Shown in pieces: positions 1 to 9,097 of a stretch of DNA of 64,000 nt. This DNA comes from an uncultured Ruminococcus sp. (GTDB taxonomy: Bacteria > Bacillota > Clostridia > Oscillospirales > Ruminococcaceae), in NCBI GenBank assembly GCA_947169885.1, contig CAMVRM010000005.1, positions 26,327 to 90,326 of the forward strand, written 5' to 3'. Position numbers and translations under genes: made by a program. How positions within the stretch are numbered: position 1 is the first letter of the stretch; the number at the start of each line of letters is the position of its first letter. The notes under the pieces are model-generated. The model worked only from the letters and a program-made list of their open reading frames with translations, ran no database searches and had not been told where the DNA came from.

Positions 1-480
1 ATTTTCGCCGAGACTGACGGCGAACCGCACAACACTATAACGCCTATCGCACGCCGCAGAGGGGAACTTTTTGAACTCGATCTTGTGCTGAGGAACAACA
101 TCACCACCGAGGAACACCCTCTCGGAGTTTTCCACCCTCACGCCGAACTGCACCACATCAAAAAAGAGAACATCGGACTTATCGAAGTAATGGGTCTTGC
201 AGTTCTTCCCAGCCGTCTTAAAGCTGAAATGGCAAGGCTCGAAACGGCGATACTTAACGGAGAGAATATCTGTGAAGACGCAGAACTTGCCAAACACGCC
301 GACTGGGTGGAGGATATTCTTTCGAGAAGGACTATCTCGCCCGACAACGCCGAACAGGTGCTTCGTGAAGAGATAGGCGCAGTTTTTGCAAAGGTGCTTG
401 AACACGCAGGCGTTTACAAAAGAACAGACAGCGGCAGACAGGCGTTTTTAAGATTCACAGAATACGTCAACAGCTTATAA
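1..480 (+). CDS. galT: galactose-1-phosphate uridylyltransferase, C-terminal part (5' end outside window)
   Basis: Frame 1 is open from nt 1 (IFAETDGEPHNTITPIARRRGELFELDLVLRNN...). The tail HPLGVFHPHAELHHIKKENIGLIEVMGLAVLPSRLK is colinear with Firmicutes type-2 GalT C-termini. Confidence 0.75.
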   Translation: MFAETDGEPHNTITPIARRRGELFELDLVLRNNITTEEHPLGVFHPHAELHHIKKENIGLIEVMGLAVLPSRLKAEMARLETAILNGENICEDAELAKHADWVEDILSRRTISPDNAEQVLREEIGAVFAKVLEHAGVYKRTDSGRQAFLRFTEYVNSL

Positions 481-499
481 GAAAAAGGAGACAACGGAA

Positions 500-1327
500 A
501 TGGCAGTACTTGACCCTGTATATAAATATTTAAACGAGTCGATAAACGAAAAAGAACGTGTCGCACAGATGCGTGAGGATCGTGAAGCACGTCCGAATTA
601 CGGCGGCAACAACTATCACAAGGAAACAGCCGAGATAAAAGGTGCAGGCGGTGTGTTTGTGCTTATCTCGCTTGCAGTCGGTTTTCTGGGACTGATAATC
701 TTCTCTCAGGTCGAACCGATGATCGCAGTTGCCTGTGTGGGGCAGATGTTCCTGTTTATTGGGCTCTCGGCGCTCTTGTCGCAAAAGCTGACATTTGATA
801 ATTGTGCGCTCCTGCTCTTTCCGATCATCGGGGCAGGAATGGTGTTCTTCCCTCTTGATTCGCTTTACAGAAGAAAACACGATCTGCCGCCGCTGCTCAC
901 CACAAACGGCATCGAAGCAGTCGCAGGAATATGCTGTCTGGCGTTGGGACTTGCGATGATAATAGTACCTTTCATCAGGAAAGCTGTCATGCTGAAAAGA
1001 TGCACGCTCACAGTTGAGGCGACCTGCATAGGGCTTGATTCTCACTTAGGAAGTACCAGCGGTACAGGCACTCACCGCCACCGCACAAGAGTTTATGCTC
1101 CCGACTGGGAATACACAGTTGACGGCAAGATATACAACCACCTCGAAGAAGTCTACACAAATGTAGGCTACCCCGAGATAGGTTCGGTACACGAGATACA
1201 CGTTGACCCCGATGATCCCGTTGTTATCTACCGCAAGAACGGCGGCACGGTGGTAGTGATCATAGTCGGTCTGATATTTGCGCTTCTTGGAGCGCTCATG
1301 ATCTACATGATGCTTATAGGCAAATAA
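500..1327 (+). CDS. polytopic membrane protein with DUF3592-like C-terminal module
   Basis: AGGAG RBS about 10 nt upstream. Several hydrophobic helices, then 'VYAPDWEYTVDGKIYN...GSVHEIHVDPDDPVVIYRKNG' followed by a final TM helix. Confidence 0.55.
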   Translation: MAVLDPVYKYLNESINEKERVAQMREDREARPNYGGNNYHKETAEIKGAGGVFVLISLAVGFLGLIIFSQVEPMIAVACVGQMFLFIGLSALLSQKLTFDNCALLLFPIIGAGMVFFPLDSLYRRKHDLPPLLTTNGIEAVAGICCLALGLAMIIVPFIRKAVMLKRCTLTVEATCIGLDSHLGSTSGTGTHRHRTRVYAPDWEYTVDGKIYNHLEEVYTNVGYPEIGSVHEIHVDPDDPVVIYRKNGGTVVVIIVGLIFALLGALMIYMMLIGK

Positions 1328-1375
1328 GAACCTGTCTTCACAAGACTCTGTACATTTCTTGTGAAGACAGGTTCT
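1327..1375. repeat. palindromic repeat element copy 1 (19-bp stem, 11-nt loop)
   Basis: AGAACCTGTCTTCACAAGA-ctctgtacatt-TCTTGTGAAGACAGGTTCT. Starts at the last base of the TAA stop of ORF 500..1327. Confidence 0.9.
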
Positions 1376-1388
1376 AAATCAGAAAAAT

Positions 1389-1428
1389 AAAGCTCATTCC
1401 TGCCTGAAAACAGGAATGAGCTTTTATT
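1389..1428. terminator. bidirectional intrinsic terminator between convergent genes
   Basis: AAGCTCATTCCTG-cctgaaaa-CAGGAATGAGCTT, flanked by an A-run and a T-run. Confidence 0.75.
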
Positions 1429-1435
1429 GTATTAC

Positions 1436-2560
1436 CTATACGAAACCGTAGTAGCCCCAGTCATCGGAACTGCTGGTGAAGTAATCGCCAAGCGGTGAAA
1501 CATAGACGAAAGATGTCGTCCGCTCATCGTTAAAGGCAGGGTCATGGCAGGCGTAAAGTATACCGCCGTTGTAAAGTTCAAACATCTGCTGAACTTCTGC
1601 ATCTTTGAAGTCGGCTGTGTTTACAACAAGATGAAGATCAATATCCGCTATCAGCGCCGAACCTTTGTTCTCGTAAAGAACGCTCAGCGACTTATTTTCT
1701 AAATTCACAAAAAGCGTTGAGTAGTCATATCCTGCGCAGTAGCACGGAAGTTTTACATTGCCGTATGGTATGACTTCCTCTGCGTTCTGTTCCCTTTCTA
1801 AGATGTCGGCAGTCAGCGCATTCTGAAAACCTAAATACTCATGGTCTATGTCCGCATACCACACGCTTCCGTCAGACATTTTAAGCGAAACGCCGTCAGT
1901 GAACCGAGCGCCTTTGTCGGAGGAATCATCGGGAGTATAATAGGTAGTAAGTTCCGCACGTTCCTGCTTTATGTCAAAGCGGTATTGAAGTTCTTTGCCC
2001 TCGGGAACGTCTTTCTTAGTGTGTTTCAGCCTGTATGAGAGCATCTGATCAGTGCCGCTGTTAAAAATAAACGTCACACGTTCAAGGCTCATGTCAACAA
2101 GGACCGTATTTCTCGAAAGTGACGTACCCATTATCCCCGAGCCGTTTTCATAGCCGTATTCAAGCTGAACATCTGCTTTGTTCACGTAGTTCCTTGCCTG
2201 CGCACGGGCAACTGCCAGCCTTATACTGCCCCTTGCAGACACAAGCACTATCACGCCGACAGCAGGCAGAACGAGCGTAAGTATCGGCTTTCCGAAACGG
2301 TTGAAAAACGAGCCTTTGCCGCCTGTTGCTTTCTCCTTGCCGAGTTTTGACAGCCACAATGCGAATGCGAAATACCCTGCGAGCATCACTATCGAGATAA
2401 TGACCATGAGGAAAACCGCCACAGGGCTTAAATGACTGTTGAGCAGTCCGCCGTCCGACAGCATGAACGCCGCAAACGCCCACAGAACTATCAGCCCTCC
2501 CAACAGCGCCGCCGCCGTTATCAGCTTTGCGGCATAGATAAGTATTCTTTTTTGTTTCAT
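1436..2560 (-). CDS. hypothetical membrane protein (N-terminal TM helices, C-terminal extracytoplasmic domain)
   Basis: 374-aa ORF with AAGGAG RBS. Four hydrophobic N-terminal segments; no family recognised. Confidence 0.6.
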   Translation of the reverse strand: MKQKRILIYAAKLITAAALLGGLIVLWAFAAFMLSDGGLLNSHLSPVAVFLMVIISIVMLAGYFAFALWLSKLGKEKATGGKGSFFNRFGKPILTLVLPAVGVIVLVSARGSIRLAVARAQARNYVNKADVQLEYGYENGSGIMGTSLSRNTVLVDMSLERVTFIFNSGTDQMLSYRLKHTKKDVPEGKELQYRFDIKQERAELTTYYTPDDSSDKGARFTDGVSLKMSDGSVWYADIDHEYLGFQNALTADILEREQNAEEVIPYGNVKLPCYCAGYDYSTLFVNLENKSLSVLYENKGSALIADIDLHLVVNTADFKDAEVQQMFELYNGGILYACHDPAFNDERTTSFVYVSPLGDYFTSSSDDWGYYGFV

Positions 2561-2677
2561 TTCTGTTTCTCCTTAAACAAGATATTTTTATTATACACCA
2601 CGTCACTGAAAAAATCAACCCATACAGCCAAAAAAAGAAATGACACAGCCGCAGCTATGTCATTTCGGTCAAACCTT

Positions 2678-2726
2678 AGAACCTGTCTTCACAAAACACG
2701 TACAGAGTCTTGTGAAGACAGGTTCT
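2678..2726. repeat. palindromic repeat element copy 2 (loop inverted relative to copy 1)
   Basis: AGAACCTGTCTTCACAAAA-cacgtacagag-TCTTGTGAAGACAGGTTCT. On the minus strand it abuts the TAA stop of ORF 2726..4459. Confidence 0.9.
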
Positions 2727-4459
2727 TACTTGCGCTTTTCCCACTTCAAGCCCTTTGACAGAGTGTAAGCACGAGTCTCATCAAGAGGCATCGGCTTTCC
2801 GAAGTAGAAACCCTGCGCACGTTCACAGCCTATCTGTTTTAAGAACTCGAACTGTTCGGCGTTCTCAACGCCCTCGCACAGCGGCGCTATCTTCATATCT
2901 CTTGCACCGTTGACGATATAGGTCATGAGCGTGCCCGTTTTTTGGTTGTGTTCAAGACTTCTCAGGAACACAAGGTCAAGCTTTAACACATCAAAGTCAT
3001 ACTCGGCGATAGTGTTGAGCGAAGAATAACCGCTCCCGAAATCGTCCAGCCAAATATGATAGCCCATTTTTCTCATGCGTTCGCACTCGCTCTTGATGTA
3101 GCCCACGTTGTCATTCAGTGCGCTCTCGGTTATCTCGATGTCAAGCATATCATACGGGATACCTGCATTTTTGCGGATCTCCTCGATTATCCCGAAAATA
3201 TCGCATAGTTCAAAATCCAGCCGTGAGATATTTACGGACACGGGAACAGCATCTTCCCCCTTGTCGATAAGCATTTTCAGGTCATCGCAGACTTTTTTCA
3301 CAACATATTTGTCGACTATATGAATAAGGTGGAACTGTTCCAGCGTTTCGATAAAATCCGCAGGTGACAGAAGTCCGAACTTGTCATCTACCCAGCGCAC
3401 AAGTGCTTCATAACCGCATATCTCGCCGCTCCCTACTCTGATAACAGGCTGATAGTAGACCTTGATATGTTCCTTTTCGATAGCCTCGTCTATGTGGTCG
3501 ACAACATACTGCTGACGGCGCAGTTTGTCTCTCAGCATTTCATCATAGATGCAGTAGATCATATCATGGCGCAGTTTTACACTGTTGCAGGCAAGACGTG
3601 CATGGTCGCAGGCAAGCCCCACTTCGGAATTTCTTCCGCTCATGAAGAAAACACCTGCCTTGATCCGGACTTTTTTGTTCACGTCCTCAGAAAGCAGAAG
3701 CCGCTTATAGACTCTTTCGATAGAAGCGCCGATCTCCTCACGAGTGCCTGTGTCGCAGACGAAAAAGTGGTCATCAGAAAAACGTGCGACTGTCCCCTCG
3801 GGAAACTCCTCACGCAGAAGCCTTGCAAGTCCGCAGAGAAGTTCATCACCCAGTTTGAAACCATGACGCTCGTTATAAAGCTTGAAGTTCGGTATGTCAA
3901 AATGGATTATTGCATAGTCCTTGCGGTGGCTGTCGTGCTTTGAGAGTAGCATCTGCACCTTGTAATAGAAAAAGGACATATTATAAAGCCCCGTCAGCTT
4001 GTCAGTCTCCTGATTGCGTGAAAGTATCTCGGCTTCGGCAAAGGAATTCCTGCTTTGGTTGAAGTATTCGTTCTGATCAACATCAACGATAAAAACGTAG
4101 TAGTACCCAACGCCGCCCATTTTGTGGAGCAGATGTCCGAAATCCTCGATATAGCGCACCTCGCCCTGCTTTGTAACGATGCGGTAGCGGACGTAATCAT
4201 GCCGCTTTTCGCCGAAGATCGTCTGAGCCTGGATCTCGTTCTGGATCTTGTTTATGTCGTCAGGGTGTACCATTCCCTGAAATGAGCCGCCGATATATTC
4301 AAGAAACTCCTCATAAGTATCACAGCCGAACATCTTCACAACATTCGCATCTGCAAAGATAAGCATTTCCTCATCGCTCGCTTCGTAAATAAAAAAACCG
4401 CCGGGCAGTCCCATAGGAATATTTCCGTATACACATCTTTCAGCCATATCATTATCCAT
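2726..4459 (-). CDS. PAS - degenerate GGDEF - EAL c-di-GMP phosphodiesterase-type protein
   Basis: EAL motifs present: 'YEALVRW', 'DIEITES', 'LDDFGSGYSSL', 'EGVE', 'QGFYFGKP'. The GGDEF position reads 'SDDHF'. Start moved to the ATG at 4459, which has a GGGAG RBS; the ORF track started at a TTG at 4480. Confidence 0.85.
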   Translation of the reverse strand: MDNDMAERCVYGNIPMGLPGGFFIYEASDEEMLIFADANVVKMFGCDTYEEFLEYIGGSFQGMVHPDDINKIQNEIQAQTIFGEKRHDYVRYRIVTKQGEVRYIEDFGHLLHKMGGVGYYYVFIVDVDQNEYFNQSRNSFAEAEILSRNQETDKLTGLYNMSFFYYKVQMLLSKHDSHRKDYAIIHFDIPNFKLYNERHGFKLGDELLCGLARLLREEFPEGTVARFSDDHFFVCDTGTREEIGASIERVYKRLLLSEDVNKKVRIKAGVFFMSGRNSEVGLACDHARLACNSVKLRHDMIYCIYDEMLRDKLRRQQYVVDHIDEAIEKEHIKVYYQPVIRVGSGEICGYEALVRWVDDKFGLLSPADFIETLEQFHLIHIVDKYVVKKVCDDLKMLIDKGEDAVPVSVNISRLDFELCDIFGIIEEIRKNAGIPYDMLDIEITESALNDNVGYIKSECERMRKMGYHIWLDDFGSGYSSLNTIAEYDFDVLKLDLVFLRSLEHNQKTGTLMTYIVNGARDMKIAPLCEGVENAEQFEFLKQIGCERAQGFYFGKPMPLDETRAYTLSKGLKWEKRK

Positions 4460-4627
4460 ATTATCAGCTCCCACAAACAAATATGAAATAACTGTTGAAT
4501 TATATCACTTATATTTATAAGTATAGCACATCAGTTCCAAAATTGTGTGAACTTTCTGTTAATTATTGTATACAATACTCAAATGTACCGGCAACAATTA
4601 TTCCAAAATTGTTATGAGTATTTTAAA

Positions 4628-4657
4628 TTGACAAGCAAGCGTTATCTGTGATATAAT
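4628..4657 (+). promoter_or_regulatory. sigma-A-type promoter (TTGACA-18-TATAAT, extended -10 TG)
   Basis: TTGACA at 4628-4633 and TGATATAAT ending at 4657, upstream of ORF 4680. Confidence 0.6.
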
Positions 4658-4679
4658 AGTACCAAAGGGGTGAACGGAC

Positions 4680-5456
4680 ATGAGAGAGAACTTTCGGATA
4701 CTGCCTGAAAGCGTGAGAGAAACTTCACTGCGTTCGGACTATCTGCGCATCGGCAGGGGCAGAGGCGAACTTTACGGCGGTAATCAGTCGGCATTCGGAG
4801 GACTTATCGAAAATACAGGCTGCGGACTTATCGCAATGGGGGATATTTCTCTTTATCTTTCGGGAAAAACAAAACTTACAACTGACGAATATCAAAAGTA
4901 TATCCGAGACTTCAACGCACGTTTCGTTCGGCTGAGAATGCTGGGCGGCTTGCTCGGAAAGCTTTTCGGTATGTGCAGTATCGACGGCAGGAGCGGCATT
5001 CTGCTAAGAGGTTATTTCCGCAAGAACCGCACTCCCCTTTCGGCAAGAGCCGTTCCGCTTCCCGTCAGCCGCCGTGACATGAAAAAGCCTGCTTGCGAGC
5101 GAAAATGCTTTCGGCTGATAGAACGTTCGCTGTCTGCGGACAAGCCCGTTATCATCGGCGTGGGCGTTTCAAAGTCGCACAAACTGCCTATGTACGTAAG
5201 GAACGCCGATGACACTGCGCTTTTCGAGCGGAAGAACGCCACATCAAACCACTATGTCACGGTCACGGGTGCGCTTGTCTGCACCAACGCCGAAACGCAG
5301 GAACAGACCGTACTATTCCGTATATCTTCTTGGGGAAAAATGTACTACATAGACCTTGACGAACTTTACGAACACGTTACCGCCGACAAAGGGCTTTACG
5401 GCTTTGCTGTCGGGCGCATATCGAACAATCTTACTCTTATAAAGGACAAAAAATAA
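4680..5456 (+). CDS. hypothetical protein, possible C39/BtrH-like cysteine peptidase fold
   Basis: ORF with RBS and an upstream consensus promoter. Candidate nucleophile 'NTGCGLIAMGD' and a downstream 'NHYVTVTG' His. The fold assignment is tentative. Confidence 0.35.
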   Translation: MRENFRILPESVRETSLRSDYLRIGRGRGELYGGNQSAFGGLIENTGCGLIAMGDISLYLSGKTKLTTDEYQKYIRDFNARFVRLRMLGGLLGKLFGMCSIDGRSGILLRGYFRKNRTPLSARAVPLPVSRRDMKKPACERKCFRLIERSLSADKPVIIGVGVSKSHKLPMYVRNADDTALFERKNATSNHYVTVTGALVCTNAETQEQTVLFRISSWGKMYYIDLDELYEHVTADKGLYGFAVGRISNNLTLIKDKK

Positions 5457-5491
5457 GCAGCAGTACGTTTTATCGTACTGCTGCTCATTTT

Positions 5492-5654
5492 AGAACCTGT
5501 CTTCACAAGACTCTGTACGTGTCTTTTCAACGATATTCAGTCGCTTTCTGCGTTGAAAAACCTTGCAGTGCGACAGCACAACTGCGGTTTTTCGCCTTGA
5601 AATCGACTAAATCTCGCTGAAAATCCACGCACATTTCTTGTGAAGACAGGTTCT
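5492..5654. repeat. split palindromic repeat element (left arm+loop 5492-5525, ~100-nt insert, loop+right arm 5626-5654)
   Basis: The left half is identical to other copies up to TCTT. The right half is 'cacgcacatt'+TCTTGTGAAGACAGGTTCT and ends 3 nt before the stop of ORF 5658..7556. Confidence 0.8.
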
Positions 5655-5657
5655 TAT

Positions 5658-7556
5658 TTAACAGCCCCAGAATTTATACAATTCATAGAAAACAATAGCA
5701 CCTGCACAAAGCAAATTCGCAGCGATGTTCAGCGCCGCTATAACTTTGTAAAGCGTTGTCTTATCCTTGCCGACAACGAGCGTAACTGCCGAGCCTGCCG
5801 CAGATACGCCGCAGATACCGCCGCATATCATCTGCAATATACCGAAGACTGTCATGCACATTATCGGTATGCCGCCTGTGTATTTGTAATAGACGATAAA
5901 GCTTGTCAGCAGGGTGAGCGCAGATACGAGCCTTGCCCACTGGGATATGCTCATAAGCGCCGAGCCTGCAAGCTTTGTGTCACGGTGGGTGCGGAACAGT
6001 TTTAGCCTTATGCGCAGCATATACGTTCCTGCGACTGCTGAAAGAAGATACGCCGTCAGAAGCAGAAGCTTCGGAAGATAGAACTTATCCCACGTCACGT
6101 CCGCCGATGCACTTTCCAGCAGCACCGAACCGTCAGAAAGTGTTCGTCTGCCGAGTATCAACGCCGAATCTGCGCCCTCGTTCAGCAGACTAATGCCTGT
6201 TAACTGCAAAACATTTCCGTCAAGCTCGTCAAACGGCTCATCAAACTGTATCGCACCGAGTACAGGTATGTATTTGAGCATACCCTTGTACTGCGAACGT
6301 GAGATGAGAAAATACTTTCCCGAATAGTCAGCCTTTCCGACAGGCTCGCCGTAGGTATCAGACGCAAGTTCTCCGAAAACGTAAGTCGGCGCAAAGTTCA
6401 TGAGCCAGCTGCTCCCTAAACCCTCATTGTGCATGATGACAATGCCGAATTTCGACTCGGGGTCAAATTCCATGTCTGCCTGCCCGAAGACCGTTCCGCC
6501 TGTGTGGAACAGCGTGCGGACTTTATGCTCATTGCAGAAGAAGCCGTGACAATTTACGGGTATATCCGAATCGCCGTAAAAGTCGGTGGCTGAGAACAGC
6601 TCCTGCTGTGTTTCCTTGTTTTTGAACAGTGGCGCATCATCGTTCATGAGCGCCTGAGTATAGGTCACAAGGTCGCTGACTGTGCCTGTCGCCGAACCTG
6701 CGGGGTATGCGCCCACATAGAAAAGCCTGCTGCCCATATCCACGTTGTTCACGCCGATCTCGTAGCTGTGCATTTTTTTGCGCTGTTCGCAGACACGGCT
6801 GTTGTCGCTGTGGTCGGGAGAGATAGAGGTATGCTCCATACCCAGCGGCTCAAAGATATTCTTTCTGACATACTCGCCGTAATCCATACCGCTCACGCAT
6901 TCGATAACATAGCCTGCAACAGCTGCTCCGTAATTGGAATAAGCCACACGCTCACCGGGGCGTGTCACCTGTGCAGGTTCGATACTCTGCAAGGCATCTT
7001 TGAGCGGCGGTATCGTGTCACCGTCCTCTATCCATATAGAGCGGGTAGTCTCGCACCAGCCTGCGTTGTGGTTCATGATATTCAGCATGGTTATCGGGTC
7101 ATCATAGGAAAGCTTCTGAAAGAACCCCTCGGGAAGATACTCACGCACATCACGTTCCAGATCAAGCTTGCCCTGTTCGACAAGCTGCATTGCACTTACC
7201 CAGATAAGAGTTTTTGAAATGCTCCCCCACTCGAACACGCTTTCATCATCGGTGGGTATCCCGTTTTCATAATCGGTATAGCCGTAGTGACCCGTGTAGA
7301 TGACCTCATCGCCCCTGAATATCGCAAGCGTTGCACCGCCTAAGTGAGTGTTTTCAAGGCTTTCGGAACATTTCTCCTCCATTTCGTCCTCGATATTTCG
7401 GAGCGCTTCTTTAAGTTCAAGACCCGACGGAAGAATGATGCTCTCTTTCTTGTCCTCAGTCTCCTGCGCTTCTTCCGCAAAGACATTCACCGAACTGCCT
7501 ATAATAAGCATTGCCGAAGCGAGGACGGCTGTTGTTTTCTTTATGATATTTTTCAT
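5658..7556 (-). CDS. beta-lactamase/PBP4-family serine hydrolase with signal peptide and C-terminal polytopic membrane domain
   Basis: SxxK motif 'WGSISKTLIW'. Class-C beta-lactamase-like core and about 4 C-terminal TM helices. ATG at 7556 has an AAGGAG RBS. Confidence 0.8.
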   Translation of the reverse strand: MKNIIKKTTAVLASAMLIIGSSVNVFAEEAQETEDKKESIILPSGLELKEALRNIEDEMEEKCSESLENTHLGGATLAIFRGDEVIYTGHYGYTDYENGIPTDDESVFEWGSISKTLIWVSAMQLVEQGKLDLERDVREYLPEGFFQKLSYDDPITMLNIMNHNAGWCETTRSIWIEDGDTIPPLKDALQSIEPAQVTRPGERVAYSNYGAAVAGYVIECVSGMDYGEYVRKNIFEPLGMEHTSISPDHSDNSRVCEQRKKMHSYEIGVNNVDMGSRLFYVGAYPAGSATGTVSDLVTYTQALMNDDAPLFKNKETQQELFSATDFYGDSDIPVNCHGFFCNEHKVRTLFHTGGTVFGQADMEFDPESKFGIVIMHNEGLGSSWLMNFAPTYVFGELASDTYGEPVGKADYSGKYFLISRSQYKGMLKYIPVLGAIQFDEPFDELDGNVLQLTGISLLNEGADSALILGRRTLSDGSVLLESASADVTWDKFYLPKLLLLTAYLLSAVAGTYMLRIRLKLFRTHRDTKLAGSALMSISQWARLVSALTLLTSFIVYYKYTGGIPIMCMTVFGILQMICGGICGVSAAGSAVTLVVGKDKTTLYKVIAALNIAANLLCAGAIVFYELYKFWGC

Positions 7557-7569
7557 GTCACTCACTCCT

Positions 7570-8352
7570 TTAAAGCTCCTTGTCGGCGTATTCCACACGG
7601 GCGCAGAAATACTGATATGCCGTTTCAAAGCCTGTCAGAAACAGCATGAGCAGGATAAGCAGTTTTCCGTTTGCCGCCTCTGCAAGCTGTGCTATGACCT
7701 GAAACAGCACCACGAACGCCTTGCCGAACGGCAGAAGTCCCACAACGCCGGCAAGCACGAACAGCGCCATAATAACTGTAACAGTCAAGCCGATAACATC
7801 TCTCTTTGCCAGCTTTTTGCCGGTGGTTATTTTTCCCGACAGGAGTGCAGGGTCTTTGAAGTAGTTGCGGAGCATATTCGCACCCATTGAGATATTTATG
7901 ACAGAAACCACCGAATACAGCAGGTCAAAAAGCTGTTTCTTTGTCAAAGAAAGATGAAGCTGCTTTATAAGCCCGTCAAGCACATCAACATTGTCGGAAT
8001 ATTTTGACGGTATATCCAGCTTTATCGCAATGAGCATAAGCAGATAGGTAGCGATCGTCAGCACCGCAATTATAGCTGTTGTCAGCAGAAAACGGGCGTT
8101 CACGATGTCACGGCGCTCAACGGGGGCTATGCAGTACATTTTCTCGCTTTTATATTTCGCTTCATTGGAGAACAAAAGCTGAGGGACAATGAACGAACTG
8201 AACAGCGGTCCGTACACCCCGACAAAAGATGACACGAAAAATCCCATTGCGATAATTACTATGAGAAGTACAGCGTATATCCATATTTTTCCCACGCCCT
8301 TGCCCTTCATGGTTATAAGGTCGGAACGGATCACAAGAAGTATTTTTTCCAT
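7570..8352 (-). CDS. ABC-2 type transporter permease
   Basis: Multi-TM protein in an operon with the ABC ATPase. ATG at 8352 has an AAGGAGG RBS. Confidence 0.7.
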   Translation of the reverse strand: MEKILLVIRSDLITMKGKGVGKIWIYAVLLIVIIAMGFFVSSFVGVYGPLFSSFIVPQLLFSNEAKYKSEKMYCIAPVERRDIVNARFLLTTAIIAVLTIATYLLMLIAIKLDIPSKYSDNVDVLDGLIKQLHLSLTKKQLFDLLYSVVSVINISMGANMLRNYFKDPALLSGKITTGKKLAKRDVIGLTVTVIMALFVLAGVVGLLPFGKAFVVLFQVIAQLAEAANGKLLILLMLFLTGFETAYQYFCARVEYADKEL

Positions 8353-8368
8353 ATTCGCCCACACCTCC

Positions 8369-9097
8369 TTAAAGTTCCTTTGCCGCCTGCTTTGATGAAG
8401 CGATCTCACCGAAAAGCAGTGTCAGACCAAGGACTGAAATATTCATGACTATCCACTTTATGACCTTCTGCGGCTTTAAAAAGGCATCAGGCGATCTTAT
8501 CTGAATAACAGGGATAAGGTCATTTTCGTTAAGTATAATGAACAGGGCGGCGATGATAAGCGGAGTGCCCACTATGCCTGCTATTATTTTTGTGCGGTTC
8601 TCCCTGCCGAAAATGCACAGAAGCATAGAAAACAGCGACATGAAGAAAACACTTACGAACATAACATATACTGAAACGTCAACGCTCATTATCAGCGAAG
8701 CCGGGTCATAAAAGGTGTCACGCATGATGAACTGCTGTTCATTGCTCCATGGCAGAAAACGCCCAAGTTTCAGCAGATAGGACAGACAGCTCAGGAGTAT
8801 ACCGCATATCTCGCCCAAAAACCCCACTGCGAAATAGTAGCAGAACAGTCCTCTTGTGATGTTCCTGCGCTCTATCGGAAGAATGCCGTACTGCTTGTTG
8901 AAGTTCTTTTCCTCTATGCCGCCATAGGTCAGAACAAGTCCCATGAAGATCATGCCGAAAAGCACCGCAAATGCCACAGGGGAGATAAAAAATCCCGATG
9001 CCGCAAATAATATCATCAGTATCGGCAGACCCTGAGCTGAAAGCATGGGAGAGGTAGTGTGAAAGCAGAACTTCATCATCTTAGGTATCTCTTTCAT
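8369..9097 (-). CDS. ABC-2 type transporter permease
   Basis: Multi-TM protein. ATG at 9097 has an AAGGAGG RBS and overlaps the end of the ATPase gene. Confidence 0.7.
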   Translation of the reverse strand: MKEIPKMMKFCFHTTSPMLSAQGLPILMILFAASGFFISPVAFAVLFGMIFMGLVLTYGGIEEKNFNKQYGILPIERRNITRGLFCYYFAVGFLGEICGILLSCLSYLLKLGRFLPWSNEQQFIMRDTFYDPASLIMSVDVSVYVMFVSVFFMSLFSMLLCIFGRENRTKIIAGIVGTPLIIAALFIILNENDLIPVIQIRSPDAFLKPQKVIKWIVMNISVLGLTLLFGEIASSKQAAKEL

